Below are positions 12,660-26,116 of a stretch of 64,000 bases of DNA, in pieces. Made by a program: the position numbers and the translations under genes. Source of the stretch: the human T2T-CHM13v2.0 reference genome, Homo sapiens. The stretch is taken from assembly GCF_009914755.1 (NCBI RefSeq), contig NC_060936.1, one strand, 5' to 3'. The notes beneath the pieces were generated by a model, which saw nothing but the letters and a program-made list of their open reading frames with translations, was not told the origin of the DNA and did not search any database. Every line of letters begins with the position of its first letter. The stretch's first letter is position 1.

Positions 12660-13090
12660 GCCCCTGAGTCACTGCAGGAGGACGCCCCCGCTGGGACTCG
12701 GCGTCCGCTGCGCTGAGCCGCTAAGGAGCCGGTCTACTTGCTCCCGCAGCAGCCCGGGGGCCGGAGCTGCCGACACCAGGGAGACGCGTTTTCTGCACTG
12801 ACTCCTACGCTCCCGCGTGGACATCCCCAGCATGATTTCTGTCTCCACCCACTTCGCACACACCCCGCCCCGGCCAGACACCCCCAAACCCACACAGGGT
12901 GCAGGGACACCGCCCTGGCCTTGGCTGTGGCTGTCACACTCGCCTGTCCCGCCTTGGCCCCAAGTCCTGCCAGCCCGGCTCCGTCCCCGCCCCACTCCCA
13001 GTGGCTCTGTGCCTGCCTCCCTCCCGGGCTCTGCCAGCCCTGCCTCTCCCGCCACGCACAGCTCAGGCGCCTGTGGCTTGTGCGGGGATA
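12660..13090. promoter_or_regulatory. CpG-rich, GC-box-containing segment (small CpG-island-like element)
   Basis: Locally dense CpGs and two CCCCGCCC boxes (~12863, ~12985); function not shown. Confidence 0.35.
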
Positions 13091-13129
13091 ACTTCTAGGA
13101 CACAGACTTCCGGAAGATTCTTTCCCAGC

Positions 13130-13680
13130 CAACACTGCCCCACCCTTCCGGTGGGAGCTCCCAAGTGGACAGACAGGAGAGGAGCTTCTTTATGATTGGC
13201 TGAGCCATCCAGCCAATCCCACTCCCCTTGGTTAGTGATTGGCCCAGGGATGGTCATATGACTCAGCTAAGACCAATGAGATACGAGGAGCTATCTGCAA
13301 GGGGAACCATGAGAATGATATCCCCTGATAAGGAGGGAGGCTCAGCCAACCCCTTTTTCTTCTGCTGGCCGTTGTAGGTTGGGGCAGGTGCTGGGGGCCT
13401 GCAGCCGGGTGGAAACAGTGTGGCTTTACCTGGGACTAAGACAAATCCCCCGAGGTGGTACTTCCAGTGCTAAAACCATAAGTCCAGACAGACCTGCAAA
13501 TGGGCCCCAGGCGGGAGGCAGAGCCTGGTAGGCAAGCGAGACCCTGCCCCACCGAGGACTGGATTCAGGCCTCCCTGGAGTCACCTGCCTCTGAGCTTCT
13601 TGTCAGGCAGAGTGAGCAAATGACCTAAGCCTATTTTAAGCATATTGTCCTGTTACTTGCAGCCAAAAGCATCTAAAACC
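13130..13680. mobile_element. Old ERVL LTR (LTR16/LTR33-like)
   Basis: GTGATTGGCCCAGGGATGGTCATATGACTCA...CCAATGAGA and terminal TGTTACTTGCAGCCAAAAGCATC. Confidence 0.55.
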
Positions 13681-15188
13681 TTATGACTTATGAGCTAACG
13701 ATCCCCTTGTCAAGGTGTTAAAACCGGTTTGCAGAGATAAATAACTTGGCCAAGGATACAGCCCTGGGAGTGATGGAGCTGGGAGTTAAACCCAAGGCTT
13801 TCTGACTGCAGAACCACTGGACTCCCGCAGCTCCATGCACGGCCCTTCGCGGTGCTTCTCAGTGGCCTGCCTTTGCCCTCAACCCTGAGCCTCTTGAGCC
13901 TCTTCAAAGCAGGAAGTGGTGCTTAGTCATCCTGAACCCCCAGAACCTAGCATGTTCTATGTCTAAATGAGTGAATGAAACCTGAGCAGTCTAACTAGCT
14001 TCCCTGGCCTCACACAGGGAGGTTTCTGGGTGCCTCCCACCACTCTGGGGCCTATTGAACACACGTCATCATGTGTTTCTTTGGATCCGTCTTCAGCAAG
14101 GAAAACAGAAGAGAAAACCCTTAAAAAGTGCTCACTTATGTGGCAGACACTGATCTATGCCTTTTACACTTAAGGACCCATTTGATCATCACAATAGGCA
14201 GATGACATTTGGGATTGGAATGCATCTAGACTGGTCTAGGGAAGGTGCAGGGAATATGCTCCCCAGGGGATGTAAATGTTAATAGAACTCTCTCCTGAGT
14301 TCCCCAACAATCGAATGTCACCTTCACCAAGGCAGGGACTGAACTGCATGCATGATTGAGTAGCAGAACCTTCCTGAAATGCTGCATTGCGAAGAGGAGA
14401 CGGAGGCTCTGTGTCCTTGAGCCGAGAGGTCCTAATGACAAGGGTTTGCTGTGACAGTTACACAAACCAGAAACAATGGCACCTCTTCCCAATGTTATTA
14501 AAACAGTAAACTATCAGGAAAGGATTTGAGGCTTTCCATAACACAAATACAAGTGACATCTTGGTCACAAAGTGACAATTCTTCAAATCCTAGGCAATAA
14601 AATACAGTAGATTGATATCCATTTTTCTTTTAAGGACACTATATTTTGTTCTTATGTCACTTCTGTGAAAGGAAATGAAATCTGTTTTTCTCAGTGGAAG
14701 CTGGAAGATGAGAATGTCAAAGGCTACAAGGCACACATGCTGCTTTTCCCTGCCAGTGGCTGTTCCCTCTTCTGAGACCAGTATCTCTGGTCCCTCTCTG
14801 AGGAGTCCCCTTTCCTCCACATCTTTGGGATGAGCCTTACTGCAGGACCGTGTCAGAGGTGGATTTTGAACCCGGCTCACACCAACCAGCGTCTACATTT
14901 CATCCCATCTCTTCTTCCCCAGTCAAGGTGACTGGCTCATGGAAGACACATGGACAGTTACTGACAAAGCTGGACCCCCAAAAGATGGGGTCTTTCCCTG
15001 TTAGTGTTGGGTGTCACTAACCCAATACATGAAACCAAAAGTGTCAAGTAGTGCAGGTGTTATTCAATGGCCATGAAATTGACAAACGGGAGCATCACTC
15101 ACAAGTCAACTTCTTGACATGTGAGGGGTGGGGGATTAAAATATAGGGTTTCTCTAATGAAGGGGTTGGACATTAAAAGCCAGAGGAG

Positions 15189-15487
15189 GGCCGGGCGTGG
15201 TGGCTCACACCTGTAATCCCAGCACTTTGGGAGGCCGAGGTGGGTGGATCACAAGGTCAGGAGTTTGAGACCAGCCTGGCCAACATAGTGAAACCCCGTC
15301 TCTACTAAAAATACAAAAAAAATTAGCCAGGTGTGGTGGCACATGCCTATAGTCCCAGCTACTCAGGAGGCCAAGGCAGGAGAACCACTTGAACCTGCGA
15401 GGCAGAGGTTTCAGTGAGCCAAGACCACGCAATTGCTCTCCAGCCTGGGTGACAGAGTGAGACTCCGTCTCAAAAAAAAAAAAAAAA
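15189..15487 (+). mobile_element. AluS SINE
   Basis: Full-length GGCCGGGCG... with GAGTTTGAGACCAGCCTGGCCAAC and an A tail. Confidence 0.93.
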
Positions 15488-15495
15488 TTGCGAGG

Positions 15496-15919
<424 letters not shown>

Positions 15920-17334
15920 TCATGGGACTGGTGGGTGTATCATTGAGCGTGGAAATGAGATGATAATGAAGCCTGAGGTCTTTTGAAGCTGTTTGGCTGG
16001 CTATCCTGGTTCTAACCAGTCTCAGCTGGTCTGGTTACAGAGGGAAATTTTTATCGAAGGTGTCCCGTTTCTTAAAGATCAGCAGAGTTAGGGCAGGGTG
16101 GAAATTCAGCTATGTCACATAGGCATCACACCAGGTAACACACCACTTTTGCCAGTAAAGCTCAGGCCCAGCCCTTCTTCGCAGCGACTGGAGAAGCTCT
16201 CTACGTCCTGCTGAGGCTGCTGAGAAGTGAGGATGGAAGCCAGGAGCACCTAGCAGTCATCTCAGCTCCACAGAGGAGATCACTGCCTCCCCGCCTCAAT
16301 ATAATACTGCTTACAGGAAGGAAGGAGAATTCTCTGGTGATGTCATCTGAGCCCTCGGATGAAGCCATGCCAAAAGCAACCTCCTCCTGTTTTACCTAAG
16401 TCATTTTTCAGATGGGTTTTCTGTCACTAGAAATCAAGAGTCATGACTCAGGGTCAAGAGAGGGACTCAAGGTGAGAACCTGAGCAAGGGCGAACCAGGT
16501 CTGGAACCCGGGCCTCTTTCCACCTCCTGCCTGAACTTCCCCTGTTGTTCTGGATGTCAGAACAGCAGGCTTTTTGGCAGGTTAGTGCATGTGGAAATTA
16601 ATAAGCAGTATCAGGGTTTTTAAAAAAATATATGCATTTATTTCTGGTGAAACTAAAACAACTGTTGAAGCAAAGAGGCCAAATTAACAGAACCACAGCT
16701 GCACTGAGTCCTGGGCTGCCCTGCTGGGGCCTGGTGTGTGACATCCCATTGTATTTTCACAGACCCCACGGCGGGGTCGGACAGCCTCCTTACTGCCGTT
16801 GGGGGAACTGAAACCTGGAGAAAGGACAACTGACTTCCCAAGTCCCATCGCTCTTCCTGGCAGAACAAGGATTTGAACCCAGGGCCACCTACCCAAGGCC
16901 ACTGCTAGAAACAGCCATTGGTACAGAACAGGAAGAGGCATCCTTGGGGCTCTCCAAGGACTCATCAGAGAGCCTGGAATTCAGGAGGCTCAAGGTAAAC
17001 GTTTGTGGATGAAATGAGGTAATAAACCTAGAATGTTTGCCACCTAGAGCCTTCTATCATTATCCGTCACATACACCCTGAGACCCCGCCATCCCCAGGA
17101 GAATATTCATCCCGGCGTGTCTCAGGTAGGTTGTCGGTTTCTCCATTAGGGAACAGGTGTTCCAGTAAAATGACTGTTTAATGAAGTTCATTAGGACACA
17201 GCTCTTGCCTGCAGTCCCGATGGCTGTAACAGGAGAGTGGGGAGATGGGAAATGCTGGGAAAGGGGTGCAGATACTAGGGTACCCCCAGGAATGTAGCCA
17301 CCAGACCTGCCCCAGCCCTTCACCCCTCACTGAC

Positions 17335-17588
17335 CAGCAGCAGCTATGAAGTACATGGTGACCTCATCCAGAGGTAGGGCCATCCCTGGATGTTGAACTC
17401 ATCCAAAGCTCCGTTATCATAATGCTGGGTCCAGTCCTGCTGAGATCCCATCACAAGATTGACATCAGGGTCCCCATAGGCATGAGACACTTGCCTTCTC
17501 ATGTCACAGGTGCTCAGGGTCCCATTGGCATAGACTCGCAGACCCTTCTTGGATGTCCACATGGTCTGTACATGAGTCCAGTAGGAGC
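17335..17588 (-). pseudogene. ADGRD1-like pentraxin/LamG pseudo-exon
   Basis: Acceptor gatttcccag|GC and donor CTG|gtcagt. [29 protein letters not shown]...[10 protein letters not shown]...[11 protein letters not shown] then [14 protein letters not shown] after a 1-nt deletion, versus recalled [29 protein letters not shown]...VNLVIGSEQD...YENGAFDEFII...LTPDEIAMYFTAAI. 254 nt. Confidence 0.92.
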
Positions 17589-19336
17589 CTGGGAAATCAC
17601 AAACATCACCATTCTGAGTGCTATGGGAATGAGCCCACGGATACTGGTGTTTCTGCCTTTTAAGCACGTTCCCCTTTCTGAAGAGGATGGGTCATGGCTG
17701 ATCTTGGGGAGTCCTAACGTAGGTCACGTTACAGGCCAGACTTTTCCCCATCCTTTGTGCACAGGAGAGACATTGCCCTTTGCCCACATCCCGCAGTCTC
17801 AAAAGCAGTTCAAACAGTCCTGGCTATTTTAACACAGAGGGACAAACTCAAACACCAACAAGCAAAGGTGATGATCAAAATATCTGAGAACTGGCAGGGC
17901 ACAGGTACTGACCAGTCAAGCTGGAACCAACATATCTATGCTCCCACGCCCAGAACCTGGAACGCAGGGAGGAGGCAGAAGTGAACACGAGGATGTGGTT
18001 TCCATGGTGACAGTGATGCTGACGAGCACTTGAGGGGCATGGGGGCAGCCAGGGTTCAGCCCAGCTGCCGTCATCAGGGGAGAGTAAACCCTGCACACCA
18101 AGCGGTACTGTTCCCAAGAGAAGCTCAAAAATTCTGATTCTTATGTGGGATTTTCTAGTTGGGAGTGTTCACCACTAATTCAAATGTACGACACAAAAAG
18201 CCAATGCACAGGTTGAGGCCGTGCAGGACAGTAAAACCCATCTCTGAGCCAGTCCCTGCTCTGCGTGAGGCATGGGCAATTAGCCCGTCTCTGAGCCAGC
18301 CCCTGCTCTGCGTGAGGTATGTTCGATGACCCTATGTGGAGGGGCCAGGAAGGGCAAGGCCAAGCTCGGCCTCACTGGGGATTCTCCATCAGCGAGCTTG
18401 GCTGTTACTCTTCTGTCCACCCAGAGCACTGTGCTCACCAACAGAGGAATGAACGTCCATCTGACTTCCACGGCAGCTTCTGCCATGAAGGACCCCTAGG
18501 TTTTGTGAGCTTTTATGTACAGACCTTATCATGGACTCGCTGCCGGAAGGAACAGGGAATCTCTTTGGAAGGCACACACCATGGGCCTCTCTGCCAGTCA
18601 CCCTAATCGCCCAGGAATTATATTGGGAATCTTGCTCAGGAATGTGGAACTTTCTGTAGTAATGTTGGGTGTCTGAAGAGAACCTGGGTCCTAAATAGGT
18701 CCAGGTAGAATTGCCCTTGATTCTGGAAGTAGGACCAGCAAGGATCCCTCCAGTATACAGTAAGAAAACATTGCCGAGCAGAACTGTTTTCCATGCTCCC
18801 AACTTCTGGGTGAAAAATTCAGCAAGAGCTTAGCAGAGTTCACCCCAAAATATGTTCTAGGAACCTGCCAGGTGCTGGAAATGGAGTCTGGCCTGCCAGC
18901 TCCAAGCACAGATAGATGGCTCCATCCCAGGATCTCTGACACCAGGTAGCACTTAAACGACACAGACAAGGCACCACTAGCTCTGGGGACGGGGAGACAG
19001 ATTGTCTCTGGCCTCAGGATCAGAGGACAGAGCGAACAAGACCCAGTCAATGAACTGTATGTTGGACAGCCTCTAAGCAATGCCACCTCCCGGCACGGGC
19101 TGGAGAAGGCCCCCTCAGAGCCGGCAGCTTCTGCTGGAGGCGCCTTTCAGACCCCATCGGCCTCCTGTCTTGGTTCCAGGCATGGCAGGGCCTCCCCCAG
19201 AGCCTCCCTGGAACACTGAAAGCCCAATCACCTCCCAGCTGCCCCACAGCTTCAGGCCTCCTACCCCAGCCTCTGACCTCAGCCCTGCAGGTGACCTGGC
19301 CCCCATTCCAAGGAGAGAAGGGAGCCCAGCAGGCAG

Positions 19337-19476
19337 AGCTCCACCCTCCTCACCTCAGCTCCGCCCTCCTCACCTCAACTCCGCCCTCCTCACCTCAGCT
19401 CCGCCCTCCTCACCTCAACTCTGCCCTCCTCACCTCAACTCCGCCCTCCTCACCTCAGCTCCACCCTCCTCACCTC
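19337..19476. repeat. 20-bp tandem repeat (AGCTCCGCCCTCCTCACCTC) x7
   Basis: Directly visible. Confidence 0.92.
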
Positions 19477-20475
19477 CTCCCTGCCCGTCACCACATCTGC
19501 ATCTGGGGCCACCAGTCCTCCTCAGGCACCTGTGCCCCAGCCCTCCACTCCCCTCCTGGGATGGGGCCCTTCCTACTGAATCTCAGCCACCCCTCCCTGC
19601 ATCTTTCCCATCAGCCTTTAAAGTCTCCCACCCAGATCGCTTCATCTCCCTACAGAGTAGTTCCAGTCCTGTCTGAAGGGCTTCCCCGCAGGCATGTCAG
19701 ATCCAACATTTCCAGGAGCGAATTCATCAACTCCTGTGCGCAATAAAAGGAAACTCTTCTCTCCTTCTGACACCGAGCCCTGCAGGCCCCCTGCCCGCAT
19801 TTCTCACTCTGTCACTTGCCTTCTCTGCATCCCTGGAGCAACCCCTGGTGTAAGCCAGCACCGCCTCTAATCTAGGTCACTGCCGCAGCCTCCACCCTGT
19901 GTTTTTGCAACATCCGTGTGCCATGAATCACAGGGAGCTCGAGCTGGGTTCTGATCTGGCACTTCTGGGTCCTGCATTTCTAACAACCCTGGTGTGGCAG
20001 TGGCACTGGTCCAGAGACGCCCATGGAGCAGTAAGGTTCTGACACATCTCCTTGCCTGTAGCATTGCCCACCTCTGTGTGCACACACACACGCATGCACA
20101 CACACACCTGTGCACACACATACACACACACGGCATCCCAAGGGCCCTTCTGGTGTGCACACTGGGTCACCGCCCTCTCCGCCTCAGAGCCCCTGGTGTC
20201 TACTCAACACATGCCCTGCTCTCTCCGAAAGCGCCTCTGCTGTTGCCCTGCTCAGAGTGTCCTTCCCTCCTTCCCTCTGTAGGGCTGACTCCTCTGTGTC
20301 CCTGAGGCCTCCCCTGATGTCACCTCTTTGAGCCTGCACTGGGCTCCACCCCCAGGATGGTCAGGCGCCCCCCACCCCGTGTCCATCATGCCATCCATCA
20401 CATTGTACTGCAGGGGCTGTATTACGGGTCTTTCACCCCAGAGAGACACTAAGCTCCGTAGGGGCAGGCGCCCAG

Positions 20476-20625
20476 CCCTGCAATGCCGCCTGGAGCAGAG
20501 AGGTCCTCGCCGCGCTGTTCACTGCGGAATGCGCACAGAGGTTCCGGCCGCAGTGTTCACTGTGGAATAAGTGGAGAGGTCCTGGCCGTTCTTGTCACTG
20601 CGGAATGAGCAGAGAGAATCCTCGC
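20476..20625. repeat. Degenerate ~38-bp tandem repeat, ~3.5 copies
   Basis: Recurring AGAGGTCC..GCCG....TTCACTGCGGAAT. Confidence 0.7.
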
Positions 20626-21448
20626 AGGGCATCTCCTGTCCTCACCTTCACCCTTCCTTTGGCCTGAGATCCAAAGGCAGACTGGAGCCAGATTCAGTCT
20701 TTCCCTGGATCCATGCACTAGGCATTGTCAGCAGGAAATAAAATGCCCATTTTCCTAATTATCAGAAGCAGGAGCCTCCCGGTTACCCCACCTGCAGACT
20801 TCAGGCTCCAAGGCTCAGAGCAATATCCGTAATTGCAGTTGATGCTAAATGTAGTAAATTATATCATTTCAGATGAGTCACACTTCATCCCACTAAGCTT
20901 ACTTGAAGTAAGCGGGTCGTTATGAAGTACTTCTGATCAAGGAAAATAGATACATGTGAAGCTGTTGCGTGTTTGCTCCCGTTTGGGTTACAATTATTCA
21001 CTCATTCAATGTTGCATTTTGAGCTCCTGCTGTGTGCCAGGAAGGTAGCGGCGAGCAGAGCAGATGAGGTGTCTGTCCGGGGAGGTCCACGTGCCAGTAG
21101 GGGTGGGAGACAACACCGTTGGGTGATGTGTAGCCCCCTGATGCCCACCGCATCCGTCCTGCCTGTGGGGTTGGTGCTGCCACAGTGCTGCTCCCCCACC
21201 CCTTCCTTGCCCTTAAGTCAGGGCCCTGTCAACGGCAGCACCCCCATTCTCACAGCTGCCCCACAGAAAACACACCGTGGGCATCGTCAGGGGTGTGGCA
21301 GGGCTGCAATGAAGGGAGGACCCCACGGGCACCCCCAGGGCTTGTGGTGGTCGTGGGAGATGGGGTCATTCATGTGTCATAAAAGTACTGCAGCGTAGCC
21401 TAGGTCAGGTACTCCAGAGTTTCCACAGGGCCTCGGGGCCTAGGTCAG

Positions 21449-23660
21449 TGTATTAGTCGGTTTTCATGCTGCTAATAAAGACATACCCAAGACTGGGTAA
21501 TTCGTAAAGGAAAGAGGTTTAATGGACTCCCAGTTCCACATGGCTGGGGAGGCCTCACAATCATGGCAGAAGGCAAGGAAGAGCAAAGTCGTGTCTTACA
21601 TGGTGGCAGGGAAGACAGTGTGTGCAGGGGAACTGCCCTTTATAAAGCCATCAGATCTCATGAGACTTATTCACTACCATGAGAACAGCACGGGAGAAAC
21701 TGCGGCCATGATTCAATGATCTCCACCTGGCCCCGCCCTTGACACATGGGGATTATTACAATTCAAGGTGAGATTTGGGTGGGGACAAGCCAAACCATAT
21801 CAGTCAGCCCCAGCCCCTCCCAAATCTCATGTCCTTACATTTCAAAACAAATCATGCCTTCCCAACAGTCCCCCAAAGTCTTAACTCATTTCAGCATTAA
21901 CTCAAAAGTCCACAGTCCAGAGTCTCATCTGAGACAAGACAAGTCCCTTCCACCTATGAGCCTGTAAAATCAAAAGCAAATTAGTTACTTCCTAGGTACA
22001 ATGGGGTACAGGCATTGGGTAAATACAGCCATTCCAAATGGAAGAAATGGGCCAAAACAAAGGGGCTACAAGCCCCATGCAAGTCAAGTCTTAAAGCTCC
22101 AACATGATCTCCTTTGACTCCATGTCTAACATCCAGGTCACGCTGATGCAAGAGGTGGGGTTCCCACGGCCTTGGGCAGCTCCGCCCCTGTGGCTTTGCA
22201 GAGTACAGCAGCCCCCCTCCTGGCTGCTTCCACGGGCTGGCATTGAGTGTCTGGCTCACAGTGCGAGGTGTCAGTGGATCTACCACTCTGGGGTCTGGAG
22301 GACAGTGGCCCTCTTCTCACAGCTCCACTAGGCAGTGCCCAGTGGGGACTCTGTGTGGGGCCTCCAAGCCCACATTGCCCTTCCACACTGCCCTAGCGGA
22401 GTTTCTCCATGAAGGCCTCACCCCTGCACAAAATTCTGCCTAGACATCCAGATATTCCCATACACCCTCTGAAATCTAGACGGAGGTTCCCAAACCTCAG
22501 TTCTTGACTTCTATGCACCCACAGGCTCAACACCACATGGAAGCTGCCAAGGCCTGTGGCTTCCACTCTCTCAAGCCATGGCCTGAGCTGTACCTTGGCC
22601 CGTTTTAGCCATGGCTGGAGTGGCTGGGATGCTGGGCACCATGTCCTGAGGCTGCGCACAGCAGGGGGGCCCTGAGCCCCACCCACAAAATCATTTTTCC
22701 TTCCCAGGCCTCCGGACCAGTGATACGCAGGGCTGCCGTGAAATTCTCTGACATGCCCTGGAAACATTTTCCCGTTGTTTTGGTGATTAACATTCGACTC
22801 CTTCTCACTTAAGCAAATTTCTGCAGCTTCAATTTCTTTCCAGAAAATAAGGTTTCCTTTTCTATCACATCGTCAGGCTTCACATTTTCCAACTTTTATG
22901 CTCTGCCTCCTCTCGAATGCTTCGCTGCTTAGAATTTTCTTTTCCTGGATACCCTAAGTCATCTCCCTCAACTTCAAAGTTCCACAGATCTCTAGGGCAG
23001 GGCAAAAAGCCGCCAGTCTCTTTGTTAAAGCACAGCAAGAGTGACCTTTACTCCAGTTCCCGACAAATTCCTCATCTCCTTCTGAGACCACCTCAGCCTG
23101 GACTTCAGTGTCCATATCACTATCAGCATTTTGGTCAAAGCCATTCAACAAGTCTCTAGGAAGTTCCAAACTTTTGCACATCTTCCTGTCCTCTTCTGAG
23201 CCCTCCAAATTGTTCCAACCTCCACCTGTCATCCAGTTCCAAAGTCACCTCCACATTTTTGGGAATCTTTACAGCAGCACCCCCACTCTACTGGTACCAA
23301 TTTACTGCATTAGTCTGTTCTCACACTGCTAATAAAGACATACCTGAGACTGGCTAGTTTATAAAGGAAAGAGGTTTAATGGACTCACAGTTCCACGTGG
23401 CTGGGGAGGCCTCACGATCATGGGGAAGGCAAAGGAAGAGCAAAGTCGTATCTTACATGGCGGCAGGCAAGAGAGCTTGTGTAGGGGAACTGCCCTTTAT
23501 AAAACCAAGAGATCTCACGAGACTTATTCACTAGAATGAGAACAGTATGGGAGAAACCACCCTCATGATTCAATTGTCTCCACCTGGCCCCGCCCTTGAC
23601 ATGTGGGAATTATTACGACTCAGGGTGAGATGTGGGTGAGGACGCAGCCAAACCATATCA
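21449..23660 (-). mobile_element. Complete THE1 (THE1C-like) MaLR element: LTR 21449-21802, internal region, LTR 23306-23660
   Basis: Two ~355-bp LTRs (TGYATTAGTC...AAACCATATCA), THE1-int text between them, 5-bp TSD GTCAG at 21444-21448 and 23661-23665. Confidence 0.93.
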
Positions 23661-23899
23661 GTCAGGTACTCCAGCATTTCCACACGGTCTTGGGGCCCAG
23701 GTCAGGTACTCCAGTGTTTCCACACAGCCTCAGGGCCTGGGTCAGGTACTCCAGTGTTCCTACACGGCCCTGGGGCCCAGGTCAGGTACTCCAGTGTTTC
23801 CACACAGCCTCGGGGCCTGGGTCAGGTACTCCAGTGTTCCTACACGGCCCTGGGGCCCAGGTCAGGTACTCCTGTGTTTCTACACAGCCTTGGGGCCTA
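23661..23899. repeat. 40-bp VNTR (GTCAGGTACTCCAGTGTTTCCACACAGCCTCGGGGCCTGG) x6; a further copy at 21404-21448
   Basis: Units start at 23661, 23701, 23741, 23781, 23821, 23861. Confidence 0.93.
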
Positions 23900-23904
23900 T
23901 GTTA

Positions 23905-24575
23905 AGGGTCTCTGTTGTGTCCAAGTCATCACAAACTTAGCAGCATAAAACAACACATTTTCAGTCAGGTCTGAGTCCTGGCCCAGCCAACCCTGTCCTC
24001 TGTTCATGTCTCACAAGGCTGAAACCAAGGTGCTGTCTGGCCTTGTTCTCATCTGAAGGCTCAGCTGTAAGACCCATATACAAGCCTCCCAGGATGTTGG
24101 CAGAATTCACTTCCTTGCAGCTGTAGAGCTCACAGCAGCTTCCTTCTTCATACCCAGCAATGGGGAGAGACTGTGGCTGTGAATCTCCGACTCAGGGAAG
24201 GTCTAGACCTTTATTTTCCTTTTATAACAGCCATCATTGGGCCTGTTAGCTGAGACACCTACTTGTGGCCTCTTCAAGGGCCTGAATTTGCCCACAGCCT
24301 GGAGGCTCAGTTCCAGGAGTGAGTTGGACCACTTCCAAGGAGCTCATCTGATTAAACCAAGAACACACAGGATAATCTCTATTTTGATCAACTCAAAATT
24401 AACTGATTAGCAACTATAATTACATCTGAAAAATTTCTTCTTTGCCAAAAAAACCATAACCTAATCACAAGAGTGAAATTTCATCCTATTCATAAGTCCT
24501 CCCACACTCAACAGAAGGGGATTTCACAGGGCATGTATACCAGGAAGCAGAAATTTTGGGGCCATGCTTCCTAGC
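23905..24575 (-). mobile_element. Old MaLR LTR (MLT1E/F-like)
   Basis: CACAAACTTAGCAGCATAAAACAACACATTT...GGCAGAATTCACTTCCTTGCAGCTGTAG. Confidence 0.65.
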
Positions 24576-25562
24576 CTGGATTCTTTCCTCCACAGCACTC
24601 CAGGGAAGATCTGGGAGCTCAGGCTCATTAAACGCAGGGTCTCACTTTCAGTCAGGCAAACAAGCAAGTGGTTACAGCCTCTTCCTGCTGCAGGAAAGAC
24701 CCTGCTCCCATGCTCCAGTTCCCCGAGCCCACCCTCCTGACGGCCAGGGAAGCCTGCAGACAGGACTAAAGCCCGGGGTCTCCAACCCACACCCCCGCCT
24801 GCCTGGAGCTCTTACACTGCTGAGCCCGTCACAAAGCCCTGTGCCCTCCCGCCGTCCCACCATGCCTCTCCACTCAGCACTGGCCAGCTCTGCGGGGGCC
24901 CAACACAGCTCACTGTGCAACTTTTCAGAAGGAAAGAAAAACAAATCCCAGTGAGATTCAGAGAACCTCAGCTGCGTTTAAGAATTCCTACTACACCATT
25001 CACTATGACATTCTGTCTCAGCCAAATATCCTGTTGCCAGGGAAGAAAAATTAAATTTTAAACACGAGCTGCAGAGTAGGTGTCGGTGGATGGCAAGCAA
25101 CGGAAACCGCAAACAGGGCTGTGCATCGCCGTCAGCCCGAACTGCAGATTAATTGCTTCTGGTGGAGGAAGCAGCTTAGATCTAAACATCAACTCAGCTC
25201 CGACAGAGCCTCGCGGAAATCCAGAGCTGCCTCTGGGATCAGAATTTTGAGGACCTCTGCTCCCTGCACTTGGGAGAGTCTTAACACAAAGAACAAAAAA
25301 ATTTAAAAGTCTGAGAGAAGAAGGAATAAACCCCACCTTCAGAATTTTCTTTGATTTTTAAAAAATTGTAGTGTTTAATCCTAGTTCATCCAAAATAAAA
25401 GTGAGAGAGGGGTTTTCTCTGCATATCAAAATGTCTAGAAGGCTCAAGAGAAAACATTGCTGTCGGTGGGCACTGAGAACCATTTGCTGACCCACCGGGA
25501 ACCGGGACCTGTCACTCACAGCCACCCCACCGGGAACCGGGACCTGTCACTCACAGCCCTTC

Positions 25563-26116
25563 TGTTACTGGAAAGGGGTCCTGATCCAGACCCCAAGAGG
25601 GTTATTGGATCTCATGCAAGAAAGAATTCAAGGTGAATCCATCAGGTGAAAGGAAGTTTATTAATAAAGTGAAGGAATAAAAGAATGGCTCCTCCACAGG
25701 CAGAGTGGTAGTGGGGCTGCTCCACGAATGATAGTTTTTTCCTGACTATATGCTAAACAAGGGTGGATTATGGTCTAGAAGCCAGGAGAAGCCCTCGGTT
25801 CTGGAAACTGCCCACCCCTTTCCCAGAAGACTCATGATTATTTATGGCATTTGTAAACCGTCATGGCGCTGATGAGCAGTAAGGATGACCCCAGAGGTCA
25901 CTCATTGCCATCTTGGTTTTGGAGGGATTTGGCCGGCATCTTTACTGCAATCGGTTTCATCAGCTGGGTTTGTGACCTGTGTCTTGTGCCGACCTTCTGT
26001 CTCATCCTGTGACTTAGAATGCCTAACCTGCTGGGAATGCAGCCCAGTAGGTCTCAGCCTCATCTTACTCAGCCCCTGTTCAAGATGGAGTCATTCTGGT
26101 TCAAATGCCTCTGACA
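25563..26116 (-). mobile_element. MER41-family solo LTR (ERV1) with an internal micro-inversion
   Basis: Reverse strand starts TGTCAGAGGCATTTGAACCAGA...CTCCATCTTG; TSD CTTC at 25559-25562 and 26117-26120. Confidence 0.88.
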
